DNA of 64,000 nucleotides from Candidatus Latescibacterota bacterium (GTDB lineage Bacteria > Latescibacterota > UBA2968): assembly GCA_965198115.1 (NCBI GenBank), contig OZ240241.1:38323-102322 (forward strand). The letters run 5' to 3'. Both the position numbers and the translations under genes were made by a program. Shown piece by piece: positions 17,415 through 26,559 of the stretch; the stretch's first letter is position 1; the number at the start of each line of letters is the position of its first letter. A model generated the notes under the pieces. The model made no database searches. It had not been told where the DNA came from and saw only the letters and a program-made list of their open reading frames with translations.

Positions 17415-18647
17415 GTGAGGTTTCTGTTTTGCCCTATGGCAACATATGGATTTGTCTATCCGGCCATCGGAATCGCGCTAGAACTGAGTCGAAGGGGGCA
17501 TGACGTTGCTTTCGTGACCGATAAGTCGTTCGACCACGTTCTAGCAGGTGAGGGGTTGCGAAGGATTCCAAACGGACGAAGTGATAGAAGAAGCTTCATT
17601 ATCGGGGACTGGGGCGAACCTGTCAGTGTCTGTTCTCAGGTTCGTCACATTCGATTCGCACTTGATGAATTTCGACCGGACGCGTGTGTGTCGTCGATTT
17701 TCTGTTTCGGAGCGCTGATAGCCAGGAAGTTATACGACCTACCCACGGCGGTGATAGGGCTTTGTACCTATATGTTTGCCCACCCGGATGACCTCAGGAC
17801 CCAAAGCGAGATTACTCCCTCTACGCGATCACTACAGCTCTCTGATGGATTCAGAGAAACCTACAATACTACCGGTCGCCTGTTTAAGATACCGGAAATG
17901 GGGTTGTGCGAATTTATTGAAGAGATGCCGGTACTTGGAGACCTGTTTCTGCTTCAGAATCTTGATGATCTCATCGAAGATTCAGATAGGTTGCCGGGAC
18001 GAGTGCATCTAGTAGGACCGTGTGGCTGGGATTCGCCAACCACAGATTCGGAGCTTGTCGACTGGATCAGGCAAGGACCGGCAGCGGGAGATCCGATTAT
18101 CTACGCGCAGCCGGGGGCACTCTTCGGGGCAAATTCGTTCTGGCCGGTCCTGACCAAGGCGCTGGAAGACGAAAGTGTGAGAGTAGTGGCCTCGGTTGGT
18201 AGGATGACGGGGAACGGTGATTACTCAAGCCTGCCTTCAAACTACTTCGTACGCGCACACGTGCCCCACCGACTCGTACTCCAGGTTGCAGATGGCGTTG
18301 TAACAGAGGGGCACACCAGTATAGTTCTCGCAGCACTCTCAGCAGGAGTGCCTTTGATGCTCATTCCTCACGGCGGCGAGGAGTTTGATTGCGCTGAAAT
18401 GTGTATCCGCGCGGGTGTCTGTGTCGGGATCAACCATGAGGAGTTGTCTCGTAACAATATGAAGCTGAAGCTGCGTGATCTCCTTCAGAGGACTGATATC
18501 CGAGAGCGTTCTACGAGGATTAAAACACTCATCCAAAATAACAACGGCCACAGTCGCGCAACAGACTTGATCGAAATTTTAGGCATGGAAAGGAGACAGA
18601 TCCTCCGCTCTTCGCTTTCGGCAAAGAATGTGCATTTGTCACCTTAG
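17415..18647 (+). CDS. GT1-family (MGT/UDP-glycosyltransferase-like) glycosyltransferase
   Basis: The N-terminus MRFLFCPMATYGFVYPAIGIALELSRRGHDVAFVTD and the C-terminal donor-binding block VTEGHTSIVLAALSAGVPLMLIPHGGEEFDCAEMCIRAGV match the GT-B macrolide/sterol glycosyltransferase pattern. Confidence 0.8.
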   Translation: MRFLFCPMATYGFVYPAIGIALELSRRGHDVAFVTDKSFDHVLAGEGLRRIPNGRSDRRSFIIGDWGEPVSVCSQVRHIRFALDEFRPDACVSSIFCFGALIARKLYDLPTAVIGLCTYMFAHPDDLRTQSEITPSTRSLQLSDGFRETYNTTGRLFKIPEMGLCEFIEEMPVLGDLFLLQNLDDLIEDSDRLPGRVHLVGPCGWDSPTTDSELVDWIRQGPAAGDPIIYAQPGALFGANSFWPVLTKALEDESVRVVASVGRMTGNGDYSSLPSNYFVRAHVPHRLVLQVADGVVTEGHTSIVLAALSAGVPLMLIPHGGEEFDCAEMCIRAGVCVGINHEELSRNNMKLKLRDLLQRTDIRERSTRIKTLIQNNNGHSRATDLIEILGMERRQILRSSLSAKNVHLSP

Positions 18648-18771
18648 GAGTTGCTACAAAATACTAAACGATATCATTAGCTGAGAAGCTTGTCAGAGTG
18701 GCCCATCACGCGAATGAAGCTCGTCACTTATTTCGTGACGAGCCCTTAGAGGTTAAGGTATTCAAAATTGA

Positions 18772-20191
18772 GGCTATATCCGGATCTCTCAACGAGATGA
18801 AGTGGGTGAAGGTGCCGTGGTTCCTGGCATGGGGGCGCGGTTAGAGTGTGCGGAACCTCTTCGGAATCTGCTCAGGGATGTTTATGTCTCCGACGGTAAG
18901 GAAGATCATATCGTTGAATGCGTCGAGTGTGCGGAATCCGCTGGCTCGGTTCTTGACGATTTGGACGATTCGGTTGAGGCCTTCGGCGATGGCGTTGGTA
19001 AGACGCGTGTTCACGAATGCGAGGACGCCGAAGAAGTGCTGTCGCAGGGTCCTGACGAACTTTCGCAGGGGTTCAAGTCGACTTCTGAGTGCGGACGTCG
19101 TCCAGCATTTCAGGAAGCGTTCGGCAGCCCAGGGCGCTTTGTATTCCCAGAACTGCTCGAACTCGTCCTTGAGTCTCCAGGCTCTATAGATTCGGTAGTT
19201 CGCCTTCTCCAGTGCTTCGAGTGTCCGAGTATCCCCTCTGGAGCGTGTCGCTGAGTGCCGGTAGAGGAGCCATCGGAGGCCCTTCATGGCTTTGCGCTCA
19301 TCCGGGGCAGCTTTACGCCACTGGTCCTTACGGACCTCGTCAACGGCGGCATTGAGAGCCTTGACGATGTGAAAGCGATCGAGGACCAGCTTGGCATTCG
19401 GACAGTGTTCCTGGATGGCTCCGATGTAAGCTTCGCTCATGTCGCAGCAGGCCCACTCGATCTTGGATCTCCGGTAGGGACTGAGAGCCTCTGTGAAGAA
19501 CTGATCGATCGTTTTACGCGCCCTGCCGCGGCCAACCCACACCACGCAGGAGCGGTCCAGATCGTAAACGAGCGTGGCGTACCTGTGACGCTTGGCGTAG
19601 GAGATCTCGTCGATCCCGATGGTTTTGAGCCCTCGGATACGATGACCTTCACGAAGCCGCGTGATGGATCGGTGAAGGAGATCCGACAGCGTCGAGGCAG
19701 AGATGCGCAGTAACTCGGACGCCGCCTTCTGCGTCATGGTCTGGCAGTAGCGCAGCATGGCATACTCGAAGCGATACGTCACCCGAGAGAACCGCTCCGC
19801 CCACGGAATCTCCTCGACCACACGACCGTGGGTAGGACACCGAATCTCCCGAGGATGGTAGAGAAGCCAGACCCTCCACCCGCACACCGGAATGTCACGC
19901 CACCGACGCGGATGGGGCATTGTGCGGACGATTTTACCTCGACGGCCGCACTCCGGACAACAACAACCATTCTTATGGGGCTTTACGGCGATGACGAAGC
20001 AGCTTCTCCCCTCAAACCACCAGCTGACAACACGGAACCCCTTGAATCTCAGCAGTTTCGATAGTAATCTGCTCCCGGTCATAGGTCGCACCCCCTTCGC
20101 TTTGATTGTCCTACACACACAACCAAGCGTAGGGAACGATCTATGACCTTGTCATTCTATAGTTTCACCGTTGAGAAACCCGGATAGAGCC
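18772..20191 (-). mobile_element. ISL3-family IS, copy C (1420 bp, intact)
   Basis: Same ends. A perfect 8-bp TSD AAAATTGA sits at 18764..18771 and 20192..20199. Confidence 0.9.
18841..20118 (-). CDS. ISL3-family transposase (425 aa)
   Basis: Differs from 12014..13291 by a single residue in the ORF track (TIDQFF versus TIDRFF). Confidence 0.92.
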   Translation of the reverse strand: MCRTIKAKGVRPMTGSRLLSKLLRFKGFRVVSWWFEGRSCFVIAVKPHKNGCCCPECGRRGKIVRTMPHPRRWRDIPVCGWRVWLLYHPREIRCPTHGRVVEEIPWAERFSRVTYRFEYAMLRYCQTMTQKAASELLRISASTLSDLLHRSITRLREGHRIRGLKTIGIDEISYAKRHRYATLVYDLDRSCVVWVGRGRARKTIDQFFTEALSPYRRSKIEWACCDMSEAYIGAIQEHCPNAKLVLDRFHIVKALNAAVDEVRKDQWRKAAPDERKAMKGLRWLLYRHSATRSRGDTRTLEALEKANYRIYRAWRLKDEFEQFWEYKAPWAAERFLKCWTTSALRSRLEPLRKFVRTLRQHFFGVLAFVNTRLTNAIAEGLNRIVQIVKNRASGFRTLDAFNDMIFLTVGDINIPEQIPKRFRTL

Positions 20192-20278
20192 AAAATTGAG
20201 ACTTCAGCTCCCAGGAGTTGCTGCTATAACAAAGGAATCGGTTGGCCTTGCTGCTAACATAAGGAACATGGGGGAAAT

Positions 20279-21997
20279 TTGGAGGAAGATCAGACAGGTC
20301 TGATGAAGATGAGGCGAATGGCCGCGGGGGTTTACCCACACGCAATTGGCTTAGGAATCGTCTCAATAGTCGGTGTCTCGGTTGGGATCGCCAAGCCCGT
20401 GGTTTTTTCTAGAGTAATAGACCAGGGGCTTGTCGAAAACGACTGGGATACGACGTTTCGTCTTACGAAGTACCTTGGTCTAGTAGGTCTCTTTGGACTA
20501 CTGACATCCTCCATCCACCGGATCCTCGCAAGTTACATTTCGAATAGAATCGTTGAGAATATGAGGAACTGGCTAGTAGCCAGAGTCTTCGTTCTACAGT
20601 ATGAACACTTCGTCCAAACTCCCAGAGGGGAAATCCTGGCCACAATCGAGGACGATTGTGCCAACATAAGGGAATTCTCAGTTTCTACTCTGCAGTCAGC
20701 GATGAGAAGCTTCCTTAGCTTTGTCGCGGCCATATGCTATGTCGGGTGGGTGCAATGGAAGATGCTATTGGCTGGAGCCCTTGCCGTACCATTTATGGCC
20801 ATCTGCATGAGATTGTTCCGAAGGGTTGTATATGAGTGCGGATCACAAGTGGCTGAAGCAAGAGCTGTGGCTAAGAACTCTCTGGTGAATACTGTAGAGA
20901 GCATGAGTTCATTAAGGCAATTGGGCTTATCCGATTGGTCGCGTGATGTTATTCGAGGTGATCTTGGGAAGCTTCGGAGGAGTAGTATCCGTGAGCAAGT
21001 ATGGGAGAGCCTGACCGAACTGTCCTCGGGTTCTGTCTCATTGTTTAGCTATTTGGTGATTCTGGGATACGGTGGGTTGCTGGTTTCAACTAATGAGATA
21101 GGAATAGGGCATCTACTTGCCTTCCTAACGATGAGGCAAAGTTTTTTTGCGCCATTGGATTTCGTTGATCGTGTCTACAAAGGTTACTTCAAGGCCAAAC
21201 GTTCTCGCGAACGGATTGATTCACTGTCCAGCCAGCCACTCGAGACCGGTTTCCACGGTGGGGATAGCATCCCCGACGATTTCCATCCGCATTCCCTATC
21301 CATCGAAGACGTATCATTCTCGTTCGGAGACAAGGCTCTGCTATGCTCGGCCAATGCGACATTCACCACAGGGTGGAACGAACTAAGAGGACCCAATGGA
21401 TCAGGCAAGACAACACTCCTAGGAATCATTCTCAAAGTCCGTAACCCTCAACAGGGCCGGATCTTTGTGGACGGTTACAATGTTGCGAACTTCAACAACC
21501 GCAGCTGGCGAAGCCACATTTCTGTTGTTGCACAGGAGCCCTTCATATTTCAAGGGACACTGAGGGAGAACCTTAGACTTTTCGATGAGAACATTGATGA
21601 CTCTATGATTGATAGCATGCTTGAGCAGGTAGGTCTTCGAAAGTGGTGCGAAGAGAGGGGGCTCGACACAGAACTATCCCAAGGCGGAAGCGAAATTTCA
21701 GGAGGACTTAAGCAACGTTTGGCGATTGCCAGAGCTCTTCTGAGAAGCTCCGCCGTCTACATTTTCGATGAGCCAGTTTCCCAGGTCGACTTGCTTACGA
21801 AAGGAGACTTGCTTCGCGTGATGAAGAGATACACTCGCGGCGCAATTGTGATAGTTATATCCCATAGCGATCTTAGAGATGTAGCGGACCGGATCTTTCA
21901 CGTGAAGGATGGCCGAGTCAAAGGCGAAGAGGTTAAGCCCGAAGCTCTGTGTGAGCTAGATCCGTCGGTGCAAGGCGTTGTCGGACATCCATCCTAA
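20279..21997 (+). CDS. ABC exporter, fused transmembrane + ATP-binding domains (no peptidase domain)
   Basis: About six predicted TM segments precede Walker A GPNGSGKTTLLGI, the signature ISGGLKQRLAIARALL and Walker B VYIFDEPVSQVD. There is no N-terminal C39 domain. The start may be ATG 20303 rather than TTG 20279. Confidence 0.85.
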   Translation: MEEDQTGLMKMRRMAAGVYPHAIGLGIVSIVGVSVGIAKPVVFSRVIDQGLVENDWDTTFRLTKYLGLVGLFGLLTSSIHRILASYISNRIVENMRNWLVARVFVLQYEHFVQTPRGEILATIEDDCANIREFSVSTLQSAMRSFLSFVAAICYVGWVQWKMLLAGALAVPFMAICMRLFRRVVYECGSQVAEARAVAKNSLVNTVESMSSLRQLGLSDWSRDVIRGDLGKLRRSSIREQVWESLTELSSGSVSLFSYLVILGYGGLLVSTNEIGIGHLLAFLTMRQSFFAPLDFVDRVYKGYFKAKRSRERIDSLSSQPLETGFHGGDSIPDDFHPHSLSIEDVSFSFGDKALLCSANATFTTGWNELRGPNGSGKTTLLGIILKVRNPQQGRIFVDGYNVANFNNRSWRSHISVVAQEPFIFQGTLRENLRLFDENIDDSMIDSMLEQVGLRKWCEERGLDTELSQGGSEISGGLKQRLAIARALLRSSAVYIFDEPVSQVDLLTKGDLLRVMKRYTRGAIVIVISHSDLRDVADRIFHVKDGRVKGEEVKPEALCELDPSVQGVVGHPS

Positions 21998-22016
21998 AGG
22001 AACCGTGGAGGATAGG

Positions 22017-22853
22017 ATGGAAAACACATTAGATGTTGTTAGACGGCCAGACGTTTCGCCGGAAACATACTTGAAACTATATGGGAAACCGAACAAACCA
22101 TTTGTCATTGCGGATGGCGCAGAGGAATGGAAGGCCCGATCAACCTGGAACATGAGATTCTTTGAAGAGCGTTATGGAGATGTCAGACTGCAGGTGACAC
22201 GGATAGCGAGAGGGAGAACGGAATCCGCTGGTGTAAAGACCATAGCTGAATACGCAGACTACCTCCGCACTCAGAACCATGAAAAGGAGCCACTCTATCT
22301 CCGAGATTGGGTCCTGGAAGAGAAGTACCCTGAGCTTCTTTCTCACATCTCCGTGCCTTCCTATCTATGCAACTGGCTTGACCGTATCCCGATTAGCGGC
22401 AGTCGTAGACACTTCTGGCGAGGTTGGAAAGGTTGGATTTTCATCGGCCCAAAAGGAACTGGAACTGAGCTCCATACGGACGTTGTTAAATCCTCGGCCT
22501 GGCTGGCCCTCATAAGTGGACAAAAGGAGTGGGTATTAACCCCACCTAACGAACACGATCCAGCCACGTTTGCTAAAGTCGACCTGCTAAATCCTGACTA
22601 TGAAGCCTATCCCTTCCTTCGGAATTCGAAGAGGATCTGCTACACCCAGCGTCCAGGAGAACTATTAGTCGTCCCGAGTGGATGGTGGCATCAGGTCTGT
22701 AACTCTGATGCCACCATCTCTGTTTCTGGGAACTTCATAAATGAATCCAACATACACTTCTTCTGTAAGGACTTGCTTGAGAACGGATCACTTGCTGAAC
22801 TCAGAGACTACTCATGCTACATTCCAGAGATAGTCCCCTTTTTAGCATCCTAG
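22017..22853 (+). CDS. JmjC / cupin-8 Fe(II)/2-oxoglutarate oxygenase (paralog 2)
   Basis: WKGWIFIGPKGTGTELHTDVVKSSAWLALISGQKEWVLTPP (HxD) and GWWHQVCN. I chose ATG 22017 because GGAGG lies 8 nt upstream. The track start TTG 21978 overlaps the ABC gene. The stop TAG lies inside the IS256-a TSD. Confidence 0.8.
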   Translation: MENTLDVVRRPDVSPETYLKLYGKPNKPFVIADGAEEWKARSTWNMRFFEERYGDVRLQVTRIARGRTESAGVKTIAEYADYLRTQNHEKEPLYLRDWVLEEKYPELLSHISVPSYLCNWLDRIPISGSRRHFWRGWKGWIFIGPKGTGTELHTDVVKSSAWLALISGQKEWVLTPPNEHDPATFAKVDLLNPDYEAYPFLRNSKRICYTQRPGELLVVPSGWWHQVCNSDATISVSGNFINESNIHFFCKDLLENGSLAELRDYSCYIPEIVPFLAS

Positions 22854-22854
22854 G

Positions 22855-24227
22855 GAGCTATAATCAAAAGGTGTGGAAAAGAGAAAGGGCGACCCTACCC
22901 TTCCCGTGAGATAGTTGATTCACACAAAACCGGGTGAGAGGCCCGGTTGGGAAGGAGGATCGCCGTGAAGGAACATACGCATAGAGCCCCATTGAAGTCC
23001 ATGCCGACGTGGGAGACGGTTGACGATTGGATCCGTGAAGAGATCCAGGGCCGGTTCCAGTCCATTCTGGAGGAGGAGGCGACCGCGTTCTTGGGCCGGT
23101 CGTGGTATGAGCGCCGAGCCGAGGTTGATAGCTCCAGGGGCTACAGGAACGGCTACGGCAAGCCCCGGCGTCTCTCGACGAGCTGCGGAACGATCAAGGT
23201 CCGGCGTCCCCGGGTTCGTGGTCTGGAAGAGCGGTTTGAAAGCCGCATCCTCCCCCTGTTCGCCCGGAGAACCAGGGCCATTGGAGATCTGCTTCCCGAC
23301 CTTTATCTCCACGGTCTCTCCCAGGGCGACTTCGAGTTGTCTTTGCGTGCGCTGCTCGGTGATGGCGCGCCGCTTTCGCCGACCTCGATCGCTCGTCTTC
23401 GAGGGAAGTGGGAGGTCGACTTCCAGGACTGGAAAGAAAGGCGTCTGGATAATCGCGAACTGGTCTACGCCTGGGCTGATGGCATCTACGTCAAAGCCGG
23501 GCTCGAGCGCGAGAAGGCGTGTCTGCTGGTCGTGATCGGCGCGATGAGCGACGGCAGCAAGGAGATCCTGGCGATAGAACCCGGTTATCGAGAGTCTACA
23601 GAATCCTGGCTCACGGTGCTCCGGGATCTCCGGGATCGCGGGCTCGAACATCCTGTCCTGATCGCCGCGGACGGGAATATGGGCATCTGGGCGGCCGTTG
23701 ATCAGGTCTGGCCAGAGAGCCGGCAACAACGGTGCTGGAACCACAAGATCCTCAACGTGCTCGACAAGGTCGCCAAGCGTGCACAGGCTGAAGCCCGCGC
23801 ACTGCTCGTCCAGATCCCCTATGCCGGCACGAAAAAGGAGGCCGAGAAGCTCCGGAAACGCTTTGCCGCACGGTATCGCTCACAGTTCCCTGCCGCCGTG
23901 GAGACGCTCGAAAGAGACTGGGATCGGATGGTCACGTTCTACGACTTCCCGAAGGAACACTGGAAACACCTGAGAACCACGAACGTCGTCGAGAGCCCCT
24001 TTGCTTCCGTTCGGCTTCGCACAAACGCCACCAGGCGATTCAAGAAAGTCAGGAACGCCACGACTCTCATCTGGCGTACGCTCAAGGTCGCAGAGAGCCG
24101 ATTCAGGAAACTCACCGCGCCACACTTGCTACAACAAGTCTACGATCAGAAACACTCAACCGGACCGCAGGTCGAAGCCGGGAAGATGGCCGCCTGATTT
24201 CTTTTACACACCTATTGACCTGAGCTC
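22855..24227 (+). mobile_element. IS256-family IS, type a (IS256-a), copy 1
   Basis: The inverted repeats are GAGCTATAATCAAAAGGTGTGGAAAAGA and (rc) GAGCTCAGGTCAATAGGTGTGTAAAAGA. A perfect 8-bp TSD ATCCTAGG sits at 22847..22854 and 24228..24235. Confidence 0.9.
22947..24197 (+). CDS. IS256-family (mutator-type) transposase, 416 aa
   Basis: A single uninterrupted ORF with typical IS256 blocks: ...YERRAEVDSSRGYRNGYGKPRRLSTSCGTIKVRRPRVRG..., ...DGIYVKAGLEREKACLLVVIGAMSDGSKEILA..., ...QRCWNHKILNVLDKV..., ...HLRTTNVVESPFASVRLRT... Confidence 0.92.
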   Translation: MGRRIAVKEHTHRAPLKSMPTWETVDDWIREEIQGRFQSILEEEATAFLGRSWYERRAEVDSSRGYRNGYGKPRRLSTSCGTIKVRRPRVRGLEERFESRILPLFARRTRAIGDLLPDLYLHGLSQGDFELSLRALLGDGAPLSPTSIARLRGKWEVDFQDWKERRLDNRELVYAWADGIYVKAGLEREKACLLVVIGAMSDGSKEILAIEPGYRESTESWLTVLRDLRDRGLEHPVLIAADGNMGIWAAVDQVWPESRQQRCWNHKILNVLDKVAKRAQAEARALLVQIPYAGTKKEAEKLRKRFAARYRSQFPAAVETLERDWDRMVTFYDFPKEHWKHLRTTNVVESPFASVRLRTNATRRFKKVRNATTLIWRTLKVAESRFRKLTAPHLLQQVYDQKHSTGPQVEAGKMAA

Positions 24228-24383
24228 ATCCTAGGATCGATCTGAGCCTACTGGATTCCGAAAGATCTCTACGTGAAGCGTCGATTGCATTTGTGTCCCA
24301 CACGAGTCCAGAATCGGTTTCGTTCAGAGTCGAGGGCCAACGAGTTGGCGAGCATGTTGACCTTCTAACTCGAGAGTATATTA

Positions 24384-26291
24384 GTGAGTGTCAAAGTAGC
24401 TGTCATAGACAGTGGGCTGTGCGAGTCCCATCCCAAGTTAAAAGGGGTACGCGTCACGGACCGCGTGTCGGTAGGAAGCGACGGGATTTCTCGAGGATGT
24501 ACCAGCGATGTTTGGGGACACGGTACGGCCTGCACGCAGATAATTCACAGTGTTCTGGATAGAGAGCTTCGTAGGAGTTGTGAGTTCAAGATCGTAAAGG
24601 TTTTTGATCGCCAACTGGTGGTTAGTCAGGACATCCTTCTAAAAGCCCTCCTGTGGTGTATGGATTCGGGCGTAGACGTAATTAGTGTGAGTATCGGCGT
24701 TCGGGCGTCCTCGCCTCCCCAAGAGCTTGTGGACCTCTGTCTTGAGGCACATTCGAAAGGCATCATACTAGTAGCGCCAGACCACAACGAAGGGGATGGC
24801 CCATGCTACCCAGCGTCACTTTCGCATGTCTTTGGCGTTACAGGCGGAGTTTTGAGATCACGGCGTGAGTTTGGTGTTAACGAGGAGAGCGATATTGAGT
24901 TCGTTGGTCGGGGAACCAATCAACGTGTGGCGTGGATCAATGACTCCTACATCTTCGACAGCGGGACAAGCTTTGCCTCTGCGCAACTAGCAGGAATAGT
25001 GTGCAATGTAAGAGCGCAGTTTCCAGAATCTGATCCGTCAGAATTGAAAGCACACCTCATGTCAATTGGACTTAGAGGTGTGCCTATTACCAGCAGGTTT
25101 GTCTCTGCCGGAACAGGCACCGGCCGCTGGGCGCCCCAGGGGACAGACACGATTGAAGAGGTGGTCGAGCGGAATTTTTCACCCAAAAGATTCAGCTGGA
25201 TGCGACGCGCTGCTCTCTATCCAGTATGTAACAAAGAATTTCACGCGATCGAGCACTTCAGTAGGCAATGCCAGTTTGAGCTTGTGGAAATTCTGGACTT
25301 TCCAAAGGGAGTGATTTCCCACCGAGATATTGAGATCGATGGAAGGAAATACACGAAAAAGTGGCGAGTAAGTGATATTGAAAGGTCGTTTGATACCCTC
25401 ATTGTTGGATATCCATACGAGACGCCCTTTGGCGCTGATCACAAGGCCTATAAAGACATCTTAGACCAGGCCTGGCATACGGAGTGCAACTTCTTTTGTC
25501 TTAGCGGCGATGTAGAGAAACAATTGCAAAAGGAAAGGGACAGCCTCGGTAAGGTGTCGTCACAGATTTACTGTCCAAGGGTTGACACAGCTGACCTTCA
25601 ACGACTTGCGTGTCTCCAAAGTGAAGGTGAGACAACAAGACCGGTTCTCGCAGTAGTGGGGACAAATGAAAAGCAGGGCAAGTTCTCGCTTCAGTTGCGT
25701 ATAAAGAAGGTCATGGAAGATGCAGGATATGAAGTAGGTTGGCTATCCACCGAGCCGCAAGGTGAGCTTTTCGGCGCCTCGTTTGCATTTCCGTATGGTT
25801 ACAATGGAACGGTCGCTCTCAATCCGCACGACTGGCCCGTAGCCGTCTCGTGCGCGATTCGTGGGATAGAAATGGCCGGTAGCCCAGACATCATTATCAC
25901 GGGCCATCAATCAGGTCTACTGCCCTACACCAGAGGAAATTTGGCGGACATCTATCTGCAACACTTGACATTCCTGAGTGGCTGTCGCGCTGATGCCGCT
26001 GCGTGCGTGATAAGTCCAGAAGATGACATCAGGACAGTCGAGGATGTTATTGGTGTCCTGCAACATCTCCTGCGAGTCCCGGTGCTCTTTTTCGCACTGC
26101 ATCGAAACGTGAGATCACTTGGGACTCTGGACAGTGGGAAGAATTATGTAAAAGTAAGGAGATTGAAGGAGGCAGAGTGGCAGGAACGCGCGAGGGAACT
26201 TAGGTCTCGGTTCGGCATTCCTGTAATTGATTCTCACAGTGAACATTATGACAGTGACATACTTCGAGCAGTGGAGGACTGTTTTGCCTGA
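24384..26291 (+). CDS. fusion protein: N-terminal S8 subtilase domain + C-terminal DUF1611-like (DgcN-like) domain
   Basis: The S8 catalytic triad contexts are VAVIDSGL (Asp), HGTACTQII (His) and SGTSFASAQLAG (Ser), within residues 1-230. Residues ~400-600 contain LAVVGTNEKQGKFSLQLRI and ITGHQSGLLPY. These resemble the DUF1611 P-loop-like GT....GK motif and its GQGS..HP block. The GTG start has a weak RBS. Confidence 0.7.
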   Translation: MSVKVAVIDSGLCESHPKLKGVRVTDRVSVGSDGISRGCTSDVWGHGTACTQIIHSVLDRELRRSCEFKIVKVFDRQLVVSQDILLKALLWCMDSGVDVISVSIGVRASSPPQELVDLCLEAHSKGIILVAPDHNEGDGPCYPASLSHVFGVTGGVLRSRREFGVNEESDIEFVGRGTNQRVAWINDSYIFDSGTSFASAQLAGIVCNVRAQFPESDPSELKAHLMSIGLRGVPITSRFVSAGTGTGRWAPQGTDTIEEVVERNFSPKRFSWMRRAALYPVCNKEFHAIEHFSRQCQFELVEILDFPKGVISHRDIEIDGRKYTKKWRVSDIERSFDTLIVGYPYETPFGADHKAYKDILDQAWHTECNFFCLSGDVEKQLQKERDSLGKVSSQIYCPRVDTADLQRLACLQSEGETTRPVLAVVGTNEKQGKFSLQLRIKKVMEDAGYEVGWLSTEPQGELFGASFAFPYGYNGTVALNPHDWPVAVSCAIRGIEMAGSPDIIITGHQSGLLPYTRGNLADIYLQHLTFLSGCRADAAACVISPEDDIRTVEDVIGVLQHLLRVPVLFFALHRNVRSLGTLDSGKNYVKVRRLKEAEWQERARELRSRFGIPVIDSHSEHYDSDILRAVEDCFA

Positions 26292-26544
26292 TGGTACGGA
26301 CAACATCAGGGGGAAGTTGGTCGAATTAAGCAAGGAGTTTATGCCTGACTCTTCGATTGTCGACGATACGGAGAGACTCATCGTAATTGGATCAGAATCT
26401 GTTAGGGCGATCGAGTTTCTCATGGCAATCGAGGATGAGTTCGAGATTGAGATAGAAGATGACGCGCTTACTCCCGATTTTTTCTCCGACTACACATTTA
26501 TCTGCAAGGCAGTGGAAGAAGCCCTCGAAGTCTCACCTGAGTGA
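26284..26544 (+). CDS. acyl-carrier-protein-like small protein
   Basis: The 86-aa version starts at TTG 26284, with GGAGG 7 nt upstream, and overlaps the upstream stop by 8 nt. It has a four-helix ACP-like pattern: ...IRGKLVELSKEFMPDSSIVDDTERLIVIGSESVRAIEFLMAIEDEFEIEIEDDALTPDFF.... A Ser sits in GSES at the position of the canonical DSL phosphopantetheine site. The track gives 26227..26544. Confidence 0.6.
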   Translation: MPDGTDNIRGKLVELSKEFMPDSSIVDDTERLIVIGSESVRAIEFLMAIEDEFEIEIEDDALTPDFFSDYTFICKAVEEALEVSPE

Positions 26545-26559
26545 TAGGAAAGGCTGGTC

